A stretch of DNA of 64,000 nucleotides from an uncultured Candidatus Saccharibacteria bacterium (GTDB lineage: Bacteria > Patescibacteriota > Saccharimonadia > Saccharimonadales > JACQNP01). The notes under the pieces were generated by a model. The model was not told the origin of the DNA. It was given only the letters and a program-made list of their open reading frames with translations, and ran no database searches. The position numbers and the translations under genes were made by a program. The stretch spans positions 23,937-87,936 of the forward strand of contig CAZPWF010000001.1 of the NCBI GenBank assembly GCA_964590725.1, in the 5' to 3' direction. Shown piece by piece: positions 10,118-21,800 of this stretch. How positions within the stretch are numbered: position 1 is the stretch's first letter; each line of letters opens with the position of its first letter.

Positions 10118-11071
10118 ATGCAATCTTCATACGTAGTTTCTAACGCCTGGTGGTTCTCACTCGTCGCAATACTATTAATATATGCAATTGTTGAGTGGTG
10201 GCATATGAGACACGATCATGTGGTGCAATTCAAAGAAGCTGTCATTTGGACAATTATCTATGTTTCTCTCGGTATCGCATATTCCATTCCAATATTTATT
10301 TGGCTCGGAAATCAAGCGGGGGGAGAATATTTGGCAGCATTCTTTACCGAAAAAGCCCTAAGCTTAGACAACCTTTTTGTTTTCGGTTTAATTTTTGCAG
10401 CATTTAAGCTACCTAAGCGCCTCGAAAGACGAGTACTCAATTACGGAGTCGTTGGGGCTATATTATTTCGGCTAATTTTTATCATTGCTGGAATAGCATT
10501 GCTTGAAAAGTTTGCCTGGATTTCTGTTATCTTTGGGCTTATCTTACTTCGTGCAGCCTGGCACGCATACCAGGATGCCAAAGGGAAATCAGAGCCTATA
10601 GCGGTGACTGAAACAAAAACTTGGAAAATAATATCGGCAGTCCTGCCGATATATCATCGTTATATTGGGCATAAACTAATTATCAAACAAGACGGTAAGC
10701 GAGTATTCTCGATGCTACTAGCGGTCATTGTAATGATAGAGCTTACCGATATTCTCTTTGCCGTTGATTCGGTACCAGCAGTGTTAGCAATTTCAACTAA
10801 TCGTTTTATTGCATATTCTAGTAACATATTCGCTATCCTAGGCTTGCGAGCACTTTACTTTGTATACGCACAAGTCGCTGATAAATTCTGGGCTCTCAAG
10901 TGGGGTATCAGCATTATTTTAGGATGGATTAGCATAAAGTTGATCATTTCACCATTTGGCTGGCATATACCAAATACGGTTAACCTAGGAGTGATAATTG
11001 GCGTATTGCTATTCTCAATAGTGCTATCCAACGCATACCCAAAACCAATAGATATAAAAGCAGATAATTGA
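10118..11071 (+). CDS. TerC family integral membrane protein
   Basis: 317 aa. Duplicated TerC motifs: EKALSLDNLFVF... and TDILFAVDSVPAVLAISTNRFIAYSSNIFAILGLRALYF. Confidence 0.75.
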   Translation: MQSSYVVSNAWWFSLVAILLIYAIVEWWHMRHDHVVQFKEAVIWTIIYVSLGIAYSIPIFIWLGNQAGGEYLAAFFTEKALSLDNLFVFGLIFAAFKLPKRLERRVLNYGVVGAILFRLIFIIAGIALLEKFAWISVIFGLILLRAAWHAYQDAKGKSEPIAVTETKTWKIISAVLPIYHRYIGHKLIIKQDGKRVFSMLLAVIVMIELTDILFAVDSVPAVLAISTNRFIAYSSNIFAILGLRALYFVYAQVADKFWALKWGISIILGWISIKLIISPFGWHIPNTVNLGVIIGVLLFSIVLSNAYPKPIDIKADN

Positions 11072-11358
11072 TGAGCGACAAAGAAGTACTTGAAGGCGAA
11101 GTGTTAGACGAGCACTCTAGGGTATCAAAGCAAAATAACAACTCCGACATGCCCAATATGGAGCTGTTAAAATTTCCTGGTTGGCGCTTATTGTTGTGCC
11201 TTGTGCCAATATTTGGATTTTTCTTCGGCATCGCCTGGTATTACTACGACAAGTCCAAAAAACGCATTACGATTTTCCCAGTAATCGGAACAGTAATCGC
11301 AATATTCGCCAGTATTACATTTTTAGTACTTCGTTTTATTTTGCGAGCAATATTTTAA
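11068..11358 (+). CDS. Small two-TM membrane protein
   Basis: 96 aa. ATGA start/stop overlap with TerC suggests translational coupling. Confidence 0.4.
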   Translation: MMSDKEVLEGEVLDEHSRVSKQNNNSDMPNMELLKFPGWRLLLCLVPIFGFFFGIAWYYYDKSKKRITIFPVIGTVIAIFASITFLVLRFILRAIF

Positions 11359-11473
11359 CAACTAAACCGAGGCTAATTCGGCAACTACAGTAAGGTGCAA
11401 ATTCTATCAACAAAAGAATTCAAAAACAATCTACAGTTTATTATTAAAAACTAACAGTGGTACAATTATCTCC

Positions 11474-13834
11474 ATGGCAAAAACAGCACTAAAGCGCCGC
11501 ATAAATGCATTCCGAAATCCAATATTCATAGTCTACTCATTTGCAGGTGTAATTATTTTCTTACTAGGGATGCTTTTGGTAAAAGCAGGGGTGAGCACAT
11601 TTGAAAAAGCAATATTTGAACTATTTAATAAGCTGCCTGGAGCACTAGATAACTTATTTGTTGCCATTTCTTTTTTCGGGACCATTGGATTTGTGTTTGT
11701 AGCAACATTTATATCACTAATACGCAAGCACTATACTCATGCAATTAAATTTTTACTTGCAGGAGTTTTAGCTTGGCTAGCAGCAAAATGGTTAAAAACT
11801 TATGAATTAAGGATGAGGCCTTCAGAAATACTGCCTAATGTTCAGCTCCGAGAAAAACTAGATTCTACTATTGGCTACCCATCGGGACACGCTGCAGTTG
11901 CCACCGCCTTGGGCTTAATAGCTTATCAATATGTGCCCAAAAAGTATCATCGTTTAATAACAGTCCTAGTAATAGGCGTCTACATTTCTAGACTTTATCT
12001 TGGAATGCATTTACCAATTGATATAGTTGGTGGCTTTGCTGTTGGACTTGTCATTGCTAGTTTCCTGAATTTTGCGTTCGGTGACACACGCGGTAAAAAT
12101 ATACCAATATCTCTCATTAAACGAAAACTTCAAAAAGCAGGCATGGAAGTCAGTGAAGTGAAAAAAGCAAAGGTTGATGCTCGGGGAAGTACGCCTTTTT
12201 TTGCAACATTGCAGGATGGAACCAAAATATTCATCAAGGTTGTCGATAGTTCAAATAATGTCGCCGACTGGCTTTTCAAACTAAGCCGTCGGCTAATGTA
12301 CAGGAGACTAGAGGACGAGGCTCCTTTTCTTACTTCAAAAAGACAGCTAGAGCACGAAGCGTATGTAGCCGGACTAGCACTATCTAATGGCATTAACACG
12401 CCGCAAATTAAGGGTATATTCCATGTAAAAGACGATATGTGGGCAATGGCACAAGTCATGATTGACGGCTCGTCTCTCGACTCTTTTGAAGAAAAAGATG
12501 TAACTTCAAAACTAATGCATCAAATCTGGCAGCAGGTTCACATGTTGCATAAATCTAGAATAATCCACCGCGATCTCAGAGCTGCGAACGTTTTTGTTGA
12601 TAAATCAAATAACCCTTGGATGATCGATTTTGGTTTTTCTGAAGCGTCAGTTCCGGTTAGATCTTTTAACAGGGATATAGTTGAATTAATAGCTTCATTA
12701 TCATGCATTGTCGATCCAGCTAAGGTAGTCAAGGTCGCCCATCAAGAACTAGGAAAAGACGCCCTAATAAGCGCACTTCCTTACATGGGATACGCATCAT
12801 TGTCGGGAGCAACCACCAAGCTACTCAAAAAAAGAGAAGGGGGGGTTAACAAATTACGTGACCTGCTTATAAAGGAAACAGGCACCGAAACAGTAAGCAA
12901 GGCCAGAGTTGCTCGATTCGACCTAAAAACGTTGCTTATAGTAGCTATGATTGGCTTGGCGCTTTGGGTGTTTATACCGCAAATAGGAGACTTTCAAGAC
13001 AGCATTGCAACAATCAAAGATGCCGATTTACGTTACGTTGTAATTGCTTTTATGTGTTCTATAGTTACTTACCTTGCTGCTGCTGGTGTTTACGTTTTTA
13101 TCTCTATTTTTCCACTTAAGTATTTTAGAACGTTATTAGTAGAAACCAGCACCAGCTTTACAAACAGGGTACTGCCAGCCAGTACTGGAAGCATAGCTAC
13201 CAACGTTAGATATCTTAGTAAAAGCGGCTACAACACACTGCAAGCTGGCTCTCTGACAGCATTAAATAATCTTGTAGGGTTCTTAGGGCATATAACAATA
13301 ATGATTATAATAGTAACGATTACAAAAACACCTCTAAGCCAAGCAATACAAATTCCTATACCAAAATATGTATTAATTATTGTTGGATTAGTATTGGTAA
13401 GTATTTCTATACTTGTCTTTGTAGTACCAAAATGGAAACGAAAAGCTGTATCAATTTTTCATAAAACTAAAAAAGATCTACGAGAGCTTACCCACGAACC
13501 AACTCGATTTATTTTTTCATTATTATGCGCTATGACAATCACTTCATTCTACGCATTAGCTCTCTATTTTAGCGCACAAGCCGTTGGTGTTCATATAACT
13601 ATATTGCAAGCATTCATTGTATTTACACTTGGAGTAGCAACAGCTTCTGTCACGCCAACGCCAGGCGGAATTGGCGGAGCAGAAGCCGGTTTAGTAGCTG
13701 GATTTGTGTCTATTGGTCTCGACAGCGGCACAGCTCTAACTATTACATTATTATATCGTCTACTAACTTATTGGATACCAATACTACCAGGTTTCATTGC
13801 ATTTCAAATAGCAATGAAAAGAAAATACATATAA
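11474..13834 (+). CDS. Tri-domain membrane protein: N-terminal PAP2 lipid phosphatase, central protein-kinase-like domain, C-terminal UPF0104 / MprF-flippase-like domain
   Basis: PAP2 motifs: KTYELRMRP, YPSGHAAV, SRLYLGMHLPIDIVGG. Kinase catalytic loop IIHRDLRAANVFVD and DFG (WMIDFGFSE). C-terminal ~330 aa has multiple TM helices and a Gly-rich PTPGGIGGAEAG segment typical of flippase-like (TIGR00374) domains. Confidence 0.7.
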   Translation: MAKTALKRRINAFRNPIFIVYSFAGVIIFLLGMLLVKAGVSTFEKAIFELFNKLPGALDNLFVAISFFGTIGFVFVATFISLIRKHYTHAIKFLLAGVLAWLAAKWLKTYELRMRPSEILPNVQLREKLDSTIGYPSGHAAVATALGLIAYQYVPKKYHRLITVLVIGVYISRLYLGMHLPIDIVGGFAVGLVIASFLNFAFGDTRGKNIPISLIKRKLQKAGMEVSEVKKAKVDARGSTPFFATLQDGTKIFIKVVDSSNNVADWLFKLSRRLMYRRLEDEAPFLTSKRQLEHEAYVAGLALSNGINTPQIKGIFHVKDDMWAMAQVMIDGSSLDSFEEKDVTSKLMHQIWQQVHMLHKSRIIHRDLRAANVFVDKSNNPWMIDFGFSEASVPVRSFNRDIVELIASLSCIVDPAKVVKVAHQELGKDALISALPYMGYASLSGATTKLLKKREGGVNKLRDLLIKETGTETVSKARVARFDLKTLLIVAMIGLALWVFIPQIGDFQDSIATIKDADLRYVVIAFMCSIVTYLAAAGVYVFISIFPLKYFRTLLVETSTSFTNRVLPASTGSIATNVRYLSKSGYNTLQAGSLTALNNLVGFLGHITIMIIIVTITKTPLSQAIQIPIPKYVLIIVGLVLVSISILVFVVPKWKRKAVSIFHKTKKDLRELTHEPTRFIFSLLCAMTITSFYALALYFSAQAVGVHITILQAFIVFTLGVATASVTPTPGGIGGAEAGLVAGFVSIGLDSGTALTITLLYRLLTYWIPILPGFIAFQIAMKRKYI

Positions 13835-15034
13835 CTATTCTCGGCGCAAGGCATCTATTGGATCTATCTTCTCAGCGCGGCGTGCAGGGAAATAGACAAC
13901 ACATAAGCCTACCAAAGACATAAAACCTATTAATGATAATACCAGCCATGCCGGCATTGAGAATAAATCAAATGATTGTGTAACACCACGATTCTTTGCG
14001 AATGAGTTCATAATTACATTTATTATTGACCCCAGAACTGCGGAACTCAAGATACCAACTGCAGCACCAACTACCGACAATATTAATGCTTCAATGATGA
14101 ACAGTTTCCTCATATCTCGGCTTCTCGCCCCAAGGGCAACCATAAGCCCTATTTCTTTAGTCCGCTCCAATAATGAAATGGTTAATGTGTTAAACATTCC
14201 CAATACCGCTACTATCATGCCAACCGCACCAAAGCTCACAAGCATGATTGTAAAAAACTGAAATATTTGATTGATTTGTTCAATGGTGTCACTTGGTGAA
14301 TTTGTTTCGAATCCTATACTTTCAATTTGTTGACGCAAACTTTCTACATATTGATTATCATCGACTACTAGTTTTAATTGCGAATAAACACCCACACCGC
14401 TATTCTCAAATACAAAGTTCGGTATAAATACTTCCGTACCACCCCCTGAGTCAATTAGCCCAATAATCTTAAACGCATCTGATATTTCAGTTTTAGATCC
14501 ATCAGATTTTGTAACTGGTATTCTAAGTCTGACTTCTTTGTCTATGATTTGATCTTCTGTAACTTTGAGATTTTGGAGGGCGGCGATGTTAACAATAGCA
14601 ACTTTATTATCTTTGTTTTCTATCAAGCGGCCCTTTAACAAGTTTAGATTAGTTAGTTCTTGGTAATTGCGGTCAACACCGTATACTACAGCGTCGTTTT
14701 CACCACCCTTAAAACTAAGTGCGCCAGCATTTGAAAACGACGCTCCGAGTTGCCCGACGTGTGGAAGTGACTGAATGCGACTAACATTAGTCTGGTCCAA
14801 CTTGATGAGTTTAGAATTAGGACTTGAGACTTCAATTGACTTAACTGACTGATTGCCAATTACTTCTTTAGTAACTAGATCGCGAAGCCCAATACCAAAG
14901 GACATCAAGAAACTAATAGCACCAATACCTATTACCACACCAATAACCGTGAGGAATGTGCGTAATTTTTTACGAACAAGATTTTGCCATGCAATAAACA
15001 CCAACACCCTTAGGGATATACTGCCTGCATTCAT
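13835..15034 (-). CDS. ABC transporter permease, FtsX/MacB-type (four TM helices plus large periplasmic-type domain)
   Basis: 399 aa. N-terminal TM, ~220-aa extracytoplasmic domain, C-terminal three-helix FtsX domain (LLERTKEIGLMVALGA). 4-nt overlap with the upstream ATPase gene. Confidence 0.8.
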   Translation of the reverse strand: MNAGSISLRVLVFIAWQNLVRKKLRTFLTVIGVVIGIGAISFLMSFGIGLRDLVTKEVIGNQSVKSIEVSSPNSKLIKLDQTNVSRIQSLPHVGQLGASFSNAGALSFKGGENDAVVYGVDRNYQELTNLNLLKGRLIENKDNKVAIVNIAALQNLKVTEDQIIDKEVRLRIPVTKSDGSKTEISDAFKIIGLIDSGGGTEVFIPNFVFENSGVGVYSQLKLVVDDNQYVESLRQQIESIGFETNSPSDTIEQINQIFQFFTIMLVSFGAVGMIVAVLGMFNTLTISLLERTKEIGLMVALGARSRDMRKLFIIEALILSVVGAAVGILSSAVLGSIINVIMNSFAKNRGVTQSFDLFSMPAWLVLSLIGFMSLVGLCVVYFPARRAEKIDPIDALRRE

Positions 15035-15801
15035 AATCTTTTCTCCTCAGAAAGCATATGAATTCGCTTACGCATGTCATTTATAAGAGAATCAGTGGTA
15101 GTCTTGATTGAACTATTGTTCATTACCTGTACTACGCCGTCTTTAATGTGAAGTAGACTGTCGGCAAGCGGCAGATACTCCATATTGTGGGTTACTAATA
15201 TAATCGTACGTTTTGATTCTCTTTGTTCCTGTCGCAAGATATTCATGACCATATCACCATTTTTGCTGTCTAAACTTCCTGTGGGTTCATCTGCAATTAT
15301 AAACTGTGGGTCATTAACCAAAGCTCGGGCAACAGCTATACGCTGTTGTTCTCCACCAGATAAAAGACTAGGATATTTTTTTGCGTAACCAAGCATATTT
15401 ACTCGCTCCAACGCAACAAAGGCTTGTTTTGCCGCATCTGTTCGAGATTTTCCAGAAAATAATAATGGTAAACAAACGTTATCTAGCACTGTCAGGCTTT
15501 TTACCCAGTAATTATTCTGGTAAACAATACCAACCTTACTAGCGCGGAAGCGAGCTCTTTCATTATTTGTAGATTTATATACATCAAAACCGTCAATTAT
15601 TAGTCTGCCTTTTGATGGTTTCTGTATGCCGCTGATAATATTAAGTAGTGTAGATTTTCCACTACCCGAAGGACCGTATATGATAGTAAAACTACTTTCC
15701 GGTATAACGCAGCTTAGTTCTTGTAATGCCAAGATATTCTCGTCTCCTGCTTCAAAATTCTGCTCAATTTTTATCAATTCTATAAATGCTCGCTTATTCA
15801 T
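15031..15801 (-). CDS. ABC transporter ATP-binding protein, MacB/LolD-type
   Basis: Walker A GPSGSGKST, signature LSGGEQQRIAVARAL, Walker B IIADEPTGSLD, H-loop VTHN. Confidence 0.85.
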   Translation of the reverse strand: MNKRAFIELIKIEQNFEAGDENILALQELSCVIPESSFTIIYGPSGSGKSTLLNIISGIQKPSKGRLIIDGFDVYKSTNNERARFRASKVGIVYQNNYWVKSLTVLDNVCLPLLFSGKSRTDAAKQAFVALERVNMLGYAKKYPSLLSGGEQQRIAVARALVNDPQFIIADEPTGSLDSKNGDMVMNILRQEQRESKRTIILVTHNMEYLPLADSLLHIKDGVVQVMNNSSIKTTTDSLINDMRKRIHMLSEEKRL

Positions 15802-15806
15802 AGCGC

Positions 15807-18800
15807 TTAATACCCAAAAACCTTCTTCAAAGTATTAAATACTATAGTAAGAACACTGTCTGAGGCTCGTCCAATTATTGCAGTCTGTGATTCTCCAGTA
15901 CCGGCATTGTTTGCCTTATCACGAGATACTGGCTTAACGGTATAAACTCGAGAGGTCGGCAAATCTGAAACTATAACAATATGTTCTGTTGCATGTGCTG
16001 TGTCTTCTGCAGTTTTATTATTAAAACTAGTTACATTTGAGCCTTCAGAAAATGCCACTTGACTCGTTGACGGCTCGTCAGTACGCCATGATATAACTAT
16101 CTGGCCACGTGCTTCCGCACCGGTACCGCGAACTGAAGACTCCACAGTAACGTCATAGACTTCAGGTGCCCTAGTATCAAGTGCCGTATGGAATACTTGC
16201 TGATCAGATGTCGCTAAGTTTCCATCCGAATCGCGTGATTGAGCAACCAAGAAGTATTCCGCGTCATCTTCCATATCACGAATAACAACTTCGTGTTCGG
16301 TTACCATATTTGAAGAATGCACATCTATACCTACGCTGCCTACGCGACCATACGACACAGTACTATTAGAAGAAACATTGGTATTCCAAGTCACACGTTG
16401 CGTGCTCGTCGGTTCTCCGTCGATAGGCTGAAATCTTAGATTGCTAATCTTAGGTCGCGCTGGGGTCGTAAACGAGAAAATGCTTCCGTCGTACTTGTTA
16501 CCCTCGCCATCATAGGTAACAATTTTGTAGTAGTACTTTGTGCCGTCTGTCAGATTTTGAAGGTTAGCCGTGTAGGTCGATTCTGTCGGGGCAGTGTTAA
16601 GTGACACAACTCCACCGAAAGATTCGCTTGCCCCATACACTATGTCGGCCTTATATGATTCACGCGAAGTAAACCTAATTGTTGCGCTAGATAGAGTAAT
16701 ACGTTCTGAGCCGATCTCTTTCAATGTTGGTGCAGGGGATGTAGTAAAGCTATATTCTTGACTAACTCCAGTATTACCGTCTTCATCGGTCCATTTTGCC
16801 ACAAAATAATAGGTCGTACCGGCACTTAAGTTATCGAGATCTATTGTGTGTGAGCTTTCTTGTGCTGATTTTGAAACTTCGGATTGTCCATATACCCCAC
16901 TACTAGTTCCTATAGCAATCTTAGAATCGCTAGCTCTATCAGTACTCCAGGATACTTTTGCTCGTTTTGTTGTAACCGAACTAACACTTGGTTCAGCAAT
17001 AAGCTGAGCGGAAGTGGTAAATTTACCAGTTGGAAAGGCATTAACACTACTACTATTTGCACCACAATTATTTGTACTGTCACATGCAGTGATGTAGTAG
17101 TAATATCGCTGTTGTGTTAGGCCGGCATCTATATATGTAGTACTAGAACTGCTGCCCACAAAGGTATAAAAACTATTATCAGTGGATCTATAAATTTTAT
17201 AACTTGCGATTCCAGCTCCAACATATGTTGGAGGATCCCAAGTTAAAGCAAGACGCCAATTGCTGGTAGATTTAATAGACACATCAACAATATCGGTATT
17301 GAGTGTCAGTCCAGGTGACGGTGTATTGGCCATAAAGGTAGTCGTAGCATAGCTTGAATAGTTTATATTATTAGATTCGTCTCGGGCTGCTACATAAAAC
17401 GTATTAGAACCGGGCTGCGTAGCATACGGACCAGCCCCAAGACTAGTAATGCCTCCAGATGTGAACGTGCAAGTACTTGGCGACGGTAAAGTATTAATCG
17501 TATAGCAATATGTCAAATTATTAACATCGCCTACAAATGTTGTGGGCGGGTCCCAATCAAATGAGAAACTATTTATAATATTCGAAGATGGACTGGCATT
17601 GAGACTCTGAGGTTCAGATGGCGAACCAGAAGTATTAACTTTTATAGCAGCCGTCACATAATTAGATGTCACGTTTCCAGCCTGATCCCAAGTACGGAAA
17701 TATACTGTATTAACGCCCTCAACAAGATTATTAAAATCAGTGGGGTCAATAGTCGTATATGATCCATCATTTGCTAACAGGTCATCTATGTCACCAAGCC
17801 CACTGTGCGTATCGCCGTACCAATCAGTTGATCCTATCTTATATTGCAAACCGGCAAGCCCCGAATTGGGGTCATTCGGAGCATTGCCGCCAGAAGTTGG
17901 CCAAGTTAGTTCAACTTCTTTGTTATTTACAAAACCTGAGGGGGAAGTAACGTAGCCTGGATTGCTTGGTGGTGTATTATCAAACCGAATGTGAAACTGA
18001 GCGGTACCAGTAGTGGTATTTCCAGCATTGTCGATTGCCTTAATTCGCAAGTAGTACGGATTATCAGATGTGGCTAGTGGCGTTGCAAGATAACCCGATA
18101 TTCCCGTATCAATATCTAAGGAGTCGACTATAAATTGACAATTTCCTCCAGTTGTCACTGGGCTAGTTCCAAGTAATCCCTTGGTTGAGACAGGATCGGC
18201 AGTATTATCGTTACCCAAATACAAACAATAACCCTTAATACCAGATTGTGCATCAGTCGCAGAATCCCAAGAGAAATACGGCGAACCACCATTAGTCCAA
18301 TCGTTTTGAGCAAGCAAGGTGCCGCCACTAACTTTGGAAGCTGTTAAATTGTTTACATTTGCGCTCGGTTCATCATAATCTGACGTTGCAGACAAATCTA
18401 GACTGTTGAGTGCGACCTGCTGGGTCCCATTGCCTGATAGTACTGCTTGCCATTTTATACCGGCAAAAGTAACGGGGAAGGTAAAGATATTGGAATTGGT
18501 AACGGAAATAGGATTAGCTTCAGCAGTCGAAGCAGATACGCTCCATGCACTACCATTCCAAAACTTCCACGTTGATCCTCCATCGTCGGATAACCGATAA
18601 GTTATGCTGCCGCCATTTGTTGTTTCATTTGAAGCAAGACCATCCCAGTGCCAAACACCACTTTGTCTAACGGGAGTATCCAGCGTTACAGTCTGTGGAG
18701 TTGTCGAAAACGGCTTAGACGTAAATAAACTTCGGGCTGTGTTGCTAATACGCACTTCGTCAATCTGCCCGTCAAATTTACCAACAGCCCTACCAGTTTC

Positions 18801-21800
18801 TCGACCAGAATAACCCGCGCCTAACAGCAATTCTTTCTGGCTGTCCGGCATAGTGATGCTCGCCGCAACAGAACTATCGAGTGCTCCATCTATATATATT
18901 TTCATGGTAGCCCCGTCATATGTAGCCGCAATATGGTGCCAACTAGTATTGAATGATGATGTCGTAGATTCAAGATATCCATTATTACCCCAGCTCCATA
19001 CACCAGCGTCAGAGTTAGCTGACTGTCCTACGCCTGCATAAACCTTCCCCTTATAGACAGACATAGATTCGACTTCTTCTATGACGTTTGTCCAACTACC
19101 ATTAACGCTGTTCCCGCCAATCCTTGACCATGAAGAGCCGTTATATTTCCATATTTCTGAGTCTCCAGCACTTGCTCCTAAACCTACCAACAAATCACCA
19201 TTGTACATAGCCATCGTTTTTACACGTTCGTAAGTACCGGCCGTCCAGCTAGTATTGACATCATCACCGCCAATTTTTGACCATGAAGAGCCGTTATACT
19301 CCCATATTTCAGCGTCATCTGCACTATTACCTAGACCTGCATAAAGTTTATCTTTCCCTGGAATCAATGTCTCGACCTGTTCATATCCTGATACCGCCCA
19401 GCTACCTGATATTGCATCACCGCCAATTTTTGACCACGTCGAGCCACTCCATTCCCAAACTTCAGCTTCTCCTGATGTCGCACCAAGACCAACAACGAGC
19501 TTGCCATTATAAAAAGTCATTGACGATACACGATCATAATTTGTAGTCCACCCACTATTAGTGCTATCACCGCCAATTTTTGACCACACAGAACCGTTAT
19601 AACGCCAAACTTCGGCATCGTTCGCACTGGAACCTATTCCCGCATATAAATAGCCTCCATAAGATGCCATAGCACTTACTTCTTCATAATTTGCCAGCCA
19701 TCCTGTGTTTAGTGAATCGCCGCCAACCTGCGTCCATGAAGACCCATTCCATTCCCAAACTTCAGCGTCATTCGCACCGGTACCAAGCCCGACATATAAT
19801 TTATTGTTGTAACTACTCATACTCATAACTTGCTCGTAAGTATTTGCAGCCCAACTTCCGTTAACTCCTTGACCACCAATCAATTGCCAAGTAGAACCAT
19901 CAAATTGCCACACCAAAGCACTACCGGAAGCATCACCAAGCCCAGCATACATATACGACCCTACGACTTGTGTAACGCGAACTGAAGCAGCCCCGTAATA
20001 CCCCCAACTTTTATTAACATGGTTACCTCCGATCTGTGTCCATGCCGAACCGTTATAGGTATAGGCAAGCCCCGTACCAGCGCCGTCAATTGTACCAGCG
20101 TAAAGTGTCGTACCATCAATTAACAAAGCGTTAACACTATCACCTAAAGCCGTAGCCCAGCTATTACTTATCCCGTCACCGCCAATTTGTGACCAAGTTC
20201 CACTATTAAGTTTCCAAACCTCACCATCTCCGTCACCACTACCCAAGCCCGCATAAACATCAGTACCGTTAGAGGTTAGGGAGCTTACATATTCATAGTT
20301 AGTATTCCAGCTTGAACTAAGCCCGTCACCGCCAATTTGTGACCAAACTGTGCCGTTCCAACTCCAAACTTCTGCATCTGTGGTAGTATCTCCGAGTCCG
20401 GCGTATAAAGTTCCGCCAGCGTACGCCAAGGAACGAACAGTTTCATAATTCACAGTCCACCCACTGTTAGTGCTATCGCCACCTATTTTCGTCCAAGTGG
20501 TGCCGTTCCAGCGCCAAACTTCTGCATCATTCGCTGAAGCTCCAAGACCAGCATATAAATTTGTGCCGTCATTAGTAAGCGAAGCGACATTTTCATAGCC
20601 AGCAGCCCAACCGCCATTAAAGCCATCACCACCTATTTGTGCCCAAGTCGAACCGTTGTATCTCCAGACATCAGCATCGCTTGCGCTAGAACCAAGACCC
20701 ACATACAAATTTCCTGAGTAAAAGTTGAGTGACCAGACCGTCTCAAATGTACCGATAGCCCAGCTTCCACTAATAGCATCGCCACCTATTTTCGTCCAAG
20801 TAGTACCGTTCCAACGCCAAACTTCAGCATCTCCAGCAGTAGATCCCAAGCCAGCATATATATTTGTGCCGTCAGTTGTTAACGCATAGGCACCTTCATA
20901 GGTTTGATTACTCCAACTATTGTTTATAGATGTTGGGCCACCACCTATTTTCGTCCAAGTAGTACCGTTCCAACGCCAAACTTCAGCATCTCCTACATCC
21001 GCACCAATAGCAGCATAGACATCTGACCCCATCTTTACGTAGGCATTAACTGAACGCTTTCCGTTCTGGTCCCAGCCGTTATTCGTATCATTACCGCCAG
21101 CTTGCGACCAGCTGTTAGCGGCGCTATCAGCTAGCTCATATGTAACTTTTCCAGTTTCGTTATCATAATAAAGCTGGTATTCCCCCTTATCGGCAACGAC
21201 TTGACGCTGACTTGTACTTCCTGCACTAAAATTATTACGATGCTTCGTCCAAGCCTCTAATGTGTTTTGCTGCGTAAGTGACAAGGAGGCCGAATCGGGC
21301 ACTGCCACCTTCGATGTCGTACCATTTAAATCTATTGCATTATTGAGATTGCCTGCTACAAAACTTGAATTGCTGGCAACACCATTATTGTTATTACTAG
21401 AACTATCAGATACAACCGAACCGCTTGATTCATCCATGTGGTATAAGGCGGCAGTGTTCGCGTCATCTGTGTAATTTAAAGCTTTTAATCTAGTTGATCC
21501 GCCGGATATTTCAACGCCGCTGCCTAATGAATAGTCACTGGGGTTAGAGAAATTCCAGTTGTCAAATAAATCCGAGACCGCCAAAGTCTTAGAATACGAC
21601 CCAAATATATACATTCCCACCATAAGAAAATATATTCCCAGAGCTATACTGTGAATAATCTTATGTTTATCCCAACTGTGCCATCTCTTGTAGCCGGCAG
21701 AGCGGGTCATGAAATAGACGTGTGGTTTTTTCGCAAAATATCTATGTAAAAGTAGGGCTGTTCTAAAAGCATATAATCGCAGACGTTTATATCCAGCGCG

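Noticed and set aside
16884-21474. Numerous plus-strand ORFs of 60-90 aa (16884-17120, 17740-17955, 18406-19041, 19277-19546, 21262-21474)
   Set aside because: All lie antisense within the 2057-aa surface-protein gene. They are shadow ORFs produced by the repetitive, compositionally biased coding strand.
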